Positions 1-7,039 of a stretch of 64,000 bases of DNA are shown in pieces. Position numbers and translations under genes: made by a program. Where the stretch lies: the NCBI GenBank assembly GCA_944358865.1, contig CALVRV010000004.1, forward strand, positions 3,759 through 67,758, given 5' to 3'. Below the pieces are notes generated by a model, which saw only the letters and a list, made by a program, of their open reading frames with translations, did no database searches and was not told the DNA's origin. Every line of letters starts with the position of its first letter. Position 1 is the stretch's first letter. Source of the DNA: an uncultured Bacilli bacterium. Its GTDB lineage: Bacteria > Bacillota_I > Bacilli_A > RFN20 > CAG-826.

Positions 1-775
1 CAATATTATTATCAAATATAGCAAATGATAAATAATTACTTTTAGCGCTATATGACATATAATATCCATCTAAACCATATGAAGTTAGATCAGTTAATGA
101 TGCACCAATAGTGTTAGATGAAATTTCATCCATATCAAATAATTGCTTAGTAATTAAACTATATCCATAATAAAAAGTTTTATTTCCTGTGTGTGGATTA
201 TCAATGTTTAAAGATAATGTTCTAATTACTTGTGCTTGTCCTTCAATTTCCATAGTCATAATGTTAGAAACATCATTATCATATGATAAAGATACATTAG
301 TGTTGGTTGTGCCTTCATATAATACATTGCTATGAGAATCAATAATCACTTCTTTCATATCGGGATCATAAACACTATAGACTCTTAAAATATATTGGAT
401 AGGATAAATATAATCGGTCATTGCAATAACTTCATAATCATAAGATGACGAAGGAAATTGACCGCTTGGTTCAATTAAAAAATCACCTTCTGTCAATGAA
501 TAAAAACCATATGAATGTAAATCTTGATGTTCTAAAACAAGCAATCCTATGCTTTGATAATTCGTGCTGATAACATCATATTCCAAAGGACCAACGGTAT
601 ATGAGTATTCATTTAATTCAAAATCTGGAACTGATCTTTTATCTGTAAGATCAGCTAATAAATTGTTTTCAACTATTTCTTTTGGAAAAGTTGAAGTTAT
701 TTGTGTTTGTTGAGTAGTGTTACATCCTGTTAATAACAAAACATTCATCGCTAAAATTAATATTATTTTTTTCAT
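1..775 (-). CDS. Putative surface lipoprotein (partial; C-terminus lies beyond the window start)
   Basis: Absent from the ORF track because it is open at the window edge. Minus-strand ATG at 775..773 is followed by MKKIILILAMNVLLLTGC (lipobox LLTG/C). I read the frame near the start (NTTQQTQITSTFPKEIVENN) and at bases 2-58 (MSYSAKSNYLSFAIFDNNI) and saw no stops. An AAAGGG SD-like element lies upstream. Confidence 0.65.
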   Translation of the reverse strand, partial: MKKIILILAMNVLLLTGCNTTQQTQITSTFPKEIVENNLLADLTDKRSVPDFELNEYSYTVGPLEYDVISTNYQSIGLLVLEHQDLHSYGFYSLTEGDFLIEPSGQFPSSSYDYEVIAMTDYIYPIQYILRVYSVYDPDMKEVIIDSHSNVLYEGTTNTNVSLSYDNDVSNIMTMEIEGQAQVIRTLSLNIDNPHTGNKTFYYGYSLITKQLFDMDEISSNTIGASLTDLTSYGLDGYYMSYSAKSNYLSFAIFDNNI

Positions 776-863
776 AATTACCCTTTCTATCAGTTATGAT
801 ACATATACTGATTTTAGTAAAATTTATTTAAGATATTTAATTTATAATAATTTATTATCTACA

Positions 864-1145
864 TCACATCCTTTCTACTTTTTCAACTGAATCTAGGACT
901 ATATTTTGCTGTCTCCATGTAAAAAATTGAATAAGTCCGCCTCCGATTTGATATAAAATGATAAAAATAAAAATTACTATATCTATTGGACCAAAACCAT
1001 GCATTGCAATGCCTGCTAATGAGTTAAAAATACCTTGGTCACCTTTTGGACCCTCTGGACCGACTTCACCACATGCAGTCAAGCCAAAAACGCATAGTCC
1101 TAAAACTAGTAAATTTAAAATTTTTTCATTTAAAATCCTTTCCAA
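864..1145 (-). CDS. Small putative lipoprotein/membrane protein with a short collagen-like GXY run. The ORF as drawn starts at TTG, and the SD+ATG at 1129..1127 is one base out of frame.
   Basis: Lipobox GLTA/C, then GEVGPEGPKGDQG (four GXY triplets), then a C-terminal hydrophobic helix. It lies on the same strand as its neighbours. The start codon is uncertain (see finding on the A6 tract). Confidence 0.35.
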   Translation of the reverse strand: MERILNEKILNLLVLGLCVFGLTACGEVGPEGPKGDQGIFNSLAGIAMHGFGPIDIVIFIFIILYQIGGGLIQFFTWRQQNIVLDSVEKVERM

Positions 1146-1425
1146 AACAATAAACTGCGATACGTATGTTTATGTTTTATGTATTTTTAATACAAGAAAA
1201 CTTTAAACAATAAGATGTTTCATTGCAAGCAAAAAATATAATTAGATTGTTTATATCCGATAATAAGGACGATATATGAGATCGATTAAATTTAAGTTTA
1301 TTAACCTTTATGGAAGGAAATAAAACTTCTCTACCACTTATTTTTAATCAACATTAATAATTAATCTAAGTTTTAATGCCTCCTATAAGTGTCATAAGAG
1401 ATGAAATTAAAATAATATTAATAGA

Positions 1426-2643
1426 TTATTTTTTGTTTTTTAAAATCTCTATTATATGATTATCAATATCATTTAAGATAGTCTCTTTTTTAAAAGTTTG
1501 TTTAGCAAATTCCTTATTTATTTTATCTAAATAATAATCGTATTTATTAATTAGATCTAAGATCATATTGAAATCATTTTCATCATTTTTTAGATAAACC
1601 CCACCATTATAATTGATAAATGTTTGCGATTGGTTCCAATATTTATCACAAATAATTGGTTTATTATAGGACATATAAGAACCGATTTTATCAGAAATTG
1701 TCATCTTAACAATATCAACATCTTGTAAAGAAAAATAAAATGCATCCGCGATATTATAAAAATTAGGCATATTTATAAGAGGTTGTTCATTGTAAAAAAC
1801 AAAATAATCATTTATATCGTTATTAGATATAATTTGTTTTAAAGTTTCTAAATATGATCCTTTGCCCACTATTAAGAAAACAAAATTATCATAATTATTT
1901 TTCTTGGCTAATTTTGCTAAATTCAAAGCTAAATCAAAATTTTGTGCCCTACCAACATTTCCTGCAAAAAGGATTTTAAATTTGTTATTTATATTGGATG
2001 TATCAATATTAAATTCTTTATTAATTGTTTTATTTTCAAAAATGTCTTCTTCAAAATTATGAATAAAAGAAATTTTATTTTTATCATAACCCATATCTAT
2101 TAACGGATTTATAAAGCCGTCAGAAGTAACAAATATATATGAACTTTCTAAATAAGCTTTTTTAGATTTTTTTAAAAAATATTTGTATATAAAATTATTT
2201 GTTTTAATTTTAGAAGTTGCAAGTAAAGAATTAGGCCAAAAGTCTAATATATATGTGATTGAGGGAATATTTTGTTTTTTTGCTATTTTATTACCAATTA
2301 AAGCAATGTAAACTGGAGATAATTGATAATTAATAACTATATCATATTTTTTCTTTATGAAATTAGCTTTAAATAGACCAGAAAAATATAAAGAAAGATA
2401 GGATAGACCAAGAGATATGAAATTATTATGTCTAGGTGAAGTAGGTAAACGATATATATTAATATTGTCTATTTTTTGTTTACGATTTTTAAATAAAGAA
2501 TATCCTTTATAATATTTTCCTTTATGGTAATCAGGAATATTACAAATAACATCTACTTCATGTTTTAATGAAAGATATTTAGCAATATCATTAATTTTAA
2601 ATTGTTCAGGATAATATCTAGGAGTTAATATAAGAATTTTCAT
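1426..2643 (-). CDS. Glycosyltransferase, GT-B fold (GT4, WcaI/WbuB-like)
   Basis: 405-aa ORF. The N-terminus MKILILTPRYYPE is typical of GT4 enzymes, and a central FAGNVGRAQN segment is present. It is the last gene of the co-directional sugar-transferase operon. Confidence 0.7.
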   Translation of the reverse strand: MKILILTPRYYPEQFKINDIAKYLSLKHEVDVICNIPDYHKGKYYKGYSLFKNRKQKIDNINIYRLPTSPRHNNFISLGLSYLSLYFSGLFKANFIKKKYDIVINYQLSPVYIALIGNKIAKKQNIPSITYILDFWPNSLLATSKIKTNNFIYKYFLKKSKKAYLESSYIFVTSDGFINPLIDMGYDKNKISFIHNFEEDIFENKTINKEFNIDTSNINNKFKILFAGNVGRAQNFDLALNLAKLAKKNNYDNFVFLIVGKGSYLETLKQIISNNDINDYFVFYNEQPLINMPNFYNIADAFYFSLQDVDIVKMTISDKIGSYMSYNKPIICDKYWNQSQTFINYNGGVYLKNDENDFNMILDLINKYDYYLDKINKEFAKQTFKKETILNDIDNHIIEILKNKK

Positions 2644-2699
2644 TTTCTAATCCTATAAAATTTTATAACATTATTTAAATATATGAAATATTTTAATAT

Positions 2700-3359
2700 C
2701 TAAATATCAATAGTTATTCTTATGACTTCTTTAGAATTCATTTCATTACTATTTAAATAATCTATATTCAGACTATCATCAATATCAGGAGAATAATATT
2801 TCAAAAATGATAAATTCTTTTTTTCTTCTATTTCTTTTTCTTTGTTTTTTTCAAATTCTATTGTTTTAGGATTTTTCTTTAAAATATATAAATCTAGTCC
2901 GCTAGATTCGATTATAGTGATTATTTTTGCCAATATTTCATCAGAAAACGAATTAGATTCAATATTTAAATCTATTAATAAATACGAAGCTTTAAAACAT
3001 TTGCAAACATCAATAATATTTTCTAAATTATCTTCGATCGAGCTTTTTTTATTTTTCTTGTCCTTTTTTACCTTTAAACGTATTGTCGATTTAATTTTTT
3101 CAAAAACATCTGCATTGTCATTTAAAAAGCACGCGCTAATTGTGAAAAAGCGCGATTTAAAACAATATACATAACAATATAAATTATTAGAAAAAATATC
3201 TTTTTCGTCTATTTTAAAAACAAATGCTTCTTTATGTTTTATATTAAAAGATAAGCATTTAAAAATCTCTATATCGCTATATTCGATATAATTTATTAAT
3301 TCATTTGAATAATAATTATAATTTTTATCATTTATTATTAGATTCTTTATTTCAATCAT
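2700..3359 (-). CDS. Hypothetical cytoplasmic protein (no family recognised) embedded in the glycan operon
   Basis: 219-aa ORF with GGAG 8 nt upstream of the ATG at 3359, and a 1-nt gap to the upstream GT stop. It has a Lys/Glu-rich low-complexity centre and no TM or signal peptide. Confidence 0.5.
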   Translation of the reverse strand: MIEIKNLIINDKNYNYYSNELINYIEYSDIEIFKCLSFNIKHKEAFVFKIDEKDIFSNNLYCYVYCFKSRFFTISACFLNDNADVFEKIKSTIRLKVKKDKKNKKSSIEDNLENIIDVCKCFKASYLLIDLNIESNSFSDEILAKIITIIESSGLDLYILKKNPKTIEFEKNKEKEIEEKKNLSFLKYYSPDIDDSLNIDYLNSNEMNSKEVIRITIDI

Positions 3360-3360
3360 T

Positions 3361-4464
3361 TTAATTCTCCAAAATATCTAATATTTCTTTATTAATTATA
3401 TTAGAATCAAATTCTTTTTCGACAAGCAGTCGAGAATTTTTGCCTAATTCTATTATTTTTTCTTTTTCAAGGGTAATAAAGTTTAAAATGGCAGATTCAA
3501 GTTCTGTTTCCAAATTCTTAGGATCTAATAAAAAGCCATTATATCCATTTATAACTTCATCGCTAAGACCTGCTGCATTAGATCCTATAATTGGTCTACC
3601 AATAGCCATTGCTTCTAATACGCCTCTAGGCATTCCTTCTCTAATCATTGTGGGTAAAACAAAACAGGTACATTTATTTAAATATTCATTAATTGAATCT
3701 AAATATCCTAAATATATAATCGAACCATCTTTAATATAAGGTTCTAAATCTTTTTTTGTAAACTCTGATTCTTGACCAGCTAAATAAAATGTTAAACCTT
3801 TATTTTTTAATTTTCTTGCAACGTTTAAATATATCTGTATACCTTTTGTTTTTATTAATCTAGCTGCCATAAAAAAGGTTGTCAAATTATTTATATCACA
3901 AAAATTATATTTTTCAGTATCAATGCCGATACCTTTTATTAATTTAAGCTTATTATTGCTTTTAAATAAATGAACAAAATATGATAAATCAAATTTGTTT
4001 AACACAAAAATTTTATTAACAAATTTAATTAGACGCTTATATTTGTATATTAATAAATATCTTGCTATTAAATATTTAATTGAATTTCTAGCAAATGAAT
4101 CTCCTAAACCTTCTACCATACAAAATATCTTATTTACACCAACTTTTTTAGCAGTAAAACTGCCTACAATATTAGGCTTGTGTTGAAAAGTAAAAACTAT
4201 GTCTGGCTTTTCTAAACTTATTATTTCTTTTGCGTATTTTTTTAATTTAATATAATTAAAAACGTTAATAGAGCGATTATTAAAGTTAATGCTATAGAAT
4301 TTTTTAACGCCCAATAATAAAATCTCTTTTTTATAAATATCATCTGCAGCTATGACAAGAATTTCATAGTTTTGTTCTATAAGATATGATATAAGTTCCC
4401 TTCTAAAATCAATTACAGTCTTAGAAGTATTACAAAAAAACAATATTTTTTTCTTTTTATTCAT
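3361..4464 (-). CDS. Glycosyltransferase family 4
   Basis: 367 aa. It carries the GT4 E-x7-E region EGMPRGVLEAMAIGRPIIGSNAAGLSDEVINGYNGFL. Its start overlaps the stop of the upstream gene by 8 nt. Confidence 0.8.
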   Translation of the reverse strand: MNKKKKILFFCNTSKTVIDFRRELISYLIEQNYEILVIAADDIYKKEILLLGVKKFYSINFNNRSINVFNYIKLKKYAKEIISLEKPDIVFTFQHKPNIVGSFTAKKVGVNKIFCMVEGLGDSFARNSIKYLIARYLLIYKYKRLIKFVNKIFVLNKFDLSYFVHLFKSNNKLKLIKGIGIDTEKYNFCDINNLTTFFMAARLIKTKGIQIYLNVARKLKNKGLTFYLAGQESEFTKKDLEPYIKDGSIIYLGYLDSINEYLNKCTCFVLPTMIREGMPRGVLEAMAIGRPIIGSNAAGLSDEVINGYNGFLLDPKNLETELESAILNFITLEKEKIIELGKNSRLLVEKEFDSNIINKEILDILEN

Positions 4465-7039
4465 GATTATTACTTTCCTTATTGTTTATCATATATGTAA
4501 AATTAGTGAAATCTATATTTTCCTTTTCTTTATTATCTAATAGAATGAAATCAGACATTTTTTTAACAAAACAACTAGGCTTTAAAGACAAAAATGTTTC
4601 ATATGCTGCCTTAGATAATTTATCGTAATTAGCATGATGATTTTTAATAGATTCATAAATTGCTTTAGAATAAGCATTAATTGATTCGTTTTCTGCAATA
4701 TAACCATTGACATTATTTTTAACATAAATAGATGTATCACCAGGAGCTGTACAAATAACTGGCAATCCATATGAAAAAGATTGAGGAATTCTAGAAGCAA
4801 AGCCATAATTAGAACGTTTTGAATGTTTTTTTAGCTTGATTACAGTGTAATCAGAGCAAGATAATAAGGCAAAAACTTTTTTTAAAGGTACCTTTCCTAA
4901 ATAAATTGTATACGACAGAGATTTTTTAAATTGCTCAGGCGCTAGATGTTTACTAAAAATTATATTGTGTGCATCAATTCCACAAACAATAAGACGTACA
5001 GCTTTTAAAATTTTATCATCAAGCATATTAAAAGCTAATATTATTTCGTTAATATCATCTAAATACGATCCAACAAATAAGTAAGTAATTTTATTTGTTT
5101 TTTTAGGAATTTCATACGATTTATTTTCGCATGATAAAATTGGTAAATAACAGATATTTTCGATTTTTTTCTTGTTTTTAAAATATTTAATCAATAATGT
5201 AGAACAGCAAAATACTCCACTAATATTTTTATCAATTATAAAATGGTTTATAAAATAATTTTGTATATTGTATGAATAAGATTTTGAAACAAATGGTAAA
5301 GAAAATTTTCTAAATTCAACAACATCAAAATATAATTTTATCTTGTTAGTTAAACAATATTTTTTGACAAACATAGCCAAAAATGGGTTTATTGTTGAAT
5401 AAACATATACTATATCTGGCTTTTCTTCTTCAAATATATGTTTAAATTCATCAATTCTAGTATCTATTAATTTAGATAGTTTTGATTTTTTTTCTTCACC
5501 ACCAATAGAAATCATTTTAAAATTATCGCCTTGTCTAATAATTTCACTTTTTTTATATTCATTAGATTTTAAATAGACAAGAGCTTCTAATTCGTTAATG
5601 CTAGCTATAATATCCACTAAACTATTGACTCTAGTTCCTGCAGCACCAATATCATTATTAGAGCCGGAAGCAATAAGAATCATCTTTTTTCTTGTACTTA
5701 TTGTTTTATATGAGCCTATAATTGAATGTTTTTCTTTTAGGTCGTTATTTTTATCAAATGAATCATAACTAAAACAATAATTTATAAAGTGATTATTTTC
5801 TTTTCTATGTCTTGCATACGCAAGAATATCAAAGGTATCTTTATATCTAAGAAACGTAACTAGACCATTTAACAAAATAATAAGTAAGACAATCACTTGT
5901 GCCCAAAAAGAAAATGATGTTATGGTTTGCATAGAAACGCTTCCTAAGGTAAATAAAGGCAAGAAAATTCTAATGCAAAAGTTAAAAAATAAAGCTGGAA
6001 TCGTTAAAAATAATAAAGATATAATTGCATATAACACTCGTTTATTGTAATTATTGAATTTAGTAAAGACAAAATCTACAACTTTATTAGTATAAATTAA
6101 ACTAATTAAAAATAAGAATAATGCAATAACTAAAAATATTATTCCAACCGAAATATATATAGGTGATGTTAATTGTTTATGTACGTCTTCAAAACACTCC
6201 GATAAAGTTTTTCCACTGCTAGCAAAATCTTGATTTACCTCTAAATCTGGATAAATAAACTTATTAGAAAACGATTCTAAAAAGCCAACATTCGACATAG
6301 ATGTTGTTGGATCTTCGTTAAAACTAAAAAAATACCTTATATTCTTGTTATTAAACGCATTTAACGCTACCGAATTAACCAAAATAACATCACCAAAAGA
6401 TGAATCTTTATAAAACCAGTTAAATCTAGATTGTCTGCTTGGATTATATATTGCGGAAACAACAAATGTATAATCATCGATATCATTAAATCTAATTTGA
6501 TAATTATTATTTACGATATCGTTGTAATCATTAAAATTATCATTAGAATCCAATATTTTATCCGCTACACTGTTTGGTATAATGACTTGGATTGTGTTTT
6601 CATCTAAAAGATTAGTTAAATCATTATTATATTCACTAATATAAACATTTTCTAAAACATTGTCGCTGTAAAATTCGTTATTTGAATAGACATAAGAAAA
6701 ACCACTTATAGATACATCAAATCCATTATTATTTGTTTGTCCAACATATGCAGTATTATTATTACTAACGCTAAACATTGAGTAATCCAAATAATTATGC
6801 GTATTGAATCGAGTTGATATATCTATAAATCTATCGCGGTCGTTTTCGTTTACTCCGTCAAATTCTACTAAAACATCCTTTTTTCCTCGTTCAGTTTCAT
6901 TAACTAACATATTGGATAAATTATATATATCATTAGCGTTATTTAATGAAAAAGAAAACATTCCACCGCCTATGGAGAAAAATGATATTGCTATCGATAT
7001 AATAATTAAAAAAGAATAATAATAAAATAATTTTTTCAT
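4457..7039 (-). CDS. Membrane-anchored glycosyltransferase: N-terminal TM, about 270-aa Asn/Asp-rich extracytoplasmic domain, 3-4 TM helices, C-terminal cytoplasmic GT-B (GT4-like) domain
   Basis: The ORF-track start (TTG at 7066) is unlikely. ATG at 7039..7037 has AAGGA 4 nt upstream and forms an ATGA overlap with the stop of the upstream gene. The resulting N-terminus is MKKLFYYYSFLIIISIAISFF. The C-terminal region resembles GT4 (LFVGSY..., YGFASRIPQSFSYGLPVICTAPGD...NGYI). Confidence 0.6.
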   Translation of the reverse strand: MKKLFYYYSFLIIISIAISFFSIGGGMFSFSLNNANDIYNLSNMLVNETERGKKDVLVEFDGVNENDRDRFIDISTRFNTHNYLDYSMFSVSNNNTAYVGQTNNNGFDVSISGFSYVYSNNEFYSDNVLENVYISEYNNDLTNLLDENTIQVIIPNSVADKILDSNDNFNDYNDIVNNNYQIRFNDIDDYTFVVSAIYNPSRQSRFNWFYKDSSFGDVILVNSVALNAFNNKNIRYFFSFNEDPTTSMSNVGFLESFSNKFIYPDLEVNQDFASSGKTLSECFEDVHKQLTSPIYISVGIIFLVIALFLFLISLIYTNKVVDFVFTKFNNYNKRVLYAIISLLFLTIPALFFNFCIRIFLPLFTLGSVSMQTITSFSFWAQVIVLLIILLNGLVTFLRYKDTFDILAYARHRKENNHFINYCFSYDSFDKNNDLKEKHSIIGSYKTISTRKKMILIASGSNNDIGAAGTRVNSLVDIIASINELEALVYLKSNEYKKSEIIRQGDNFKMISIGGEEKKSKLSKLIDTRIDEFKHIFEEEKPDIVYVYSTINPFLAMFVKKYCLTNKIKLYFDVVEFRKFSLPFVSKSYSYNIQNYFINHFIIDKNISGVFCCSTLLIKYFKNKKKIENICYLPILSCENKSYEIPKKTNKITYLFVGSYLDDINEIILAFNMLDDKILKAVRLIVCGIDAHNIIFSKHLAPEQFKKSLSYTIYLGKVPLKKVFALLSCSDYTVIKLKKHSKRSNYGFASRIPQSFSYGLPVICTAPGDTSIYVKNNVNGYIAENESINAYSKAIYESIKNHHANYDKLSKAAYETFLSLKPSCFVKKMSDFILLDNKEKENIDFTNFTYMINNKESNNHE

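Noticed and set aside
958-1206. 82-aa plus-strand ORF overlapping the small lipoprotein gene
   Set aside because: It is antisense to an ORF with a lipobox signal peptide. It has Pro/Lys-rich low-complexity translation and no SD. It is a shadow ORF of the GC-richer GXY-coding stretch.
2842-3174. Plus-strand ORFs inside the minus-strand glycan genes (2842..3174, 3440..3739, 3995..4186, 6804..7019, 7835..8299, 8501..8716, 9897..10172, 10524..10727), plus the alternate-frame minus-strand ORF 4582..4806
   Set aside because: All are nested in much longer minus-strand genes with recognisable domains. Their Phe/Ile/Lys-rich translations are typical of AT-rich antisense frames, and none has an SD or a recognisable motif.
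2275-5493. Homopolymer tracts inside glycosyltransferase genes (for example T7 at 2275-2281 and T8 at 5486-5493) as phase-variation switches
   Set aside because: The genes are in frame as sequenced, and tracts of this length are expected by chance at this base composition. Unlike the A6 case at 1121-1126, no alternative start or frame is rescued by slippage.
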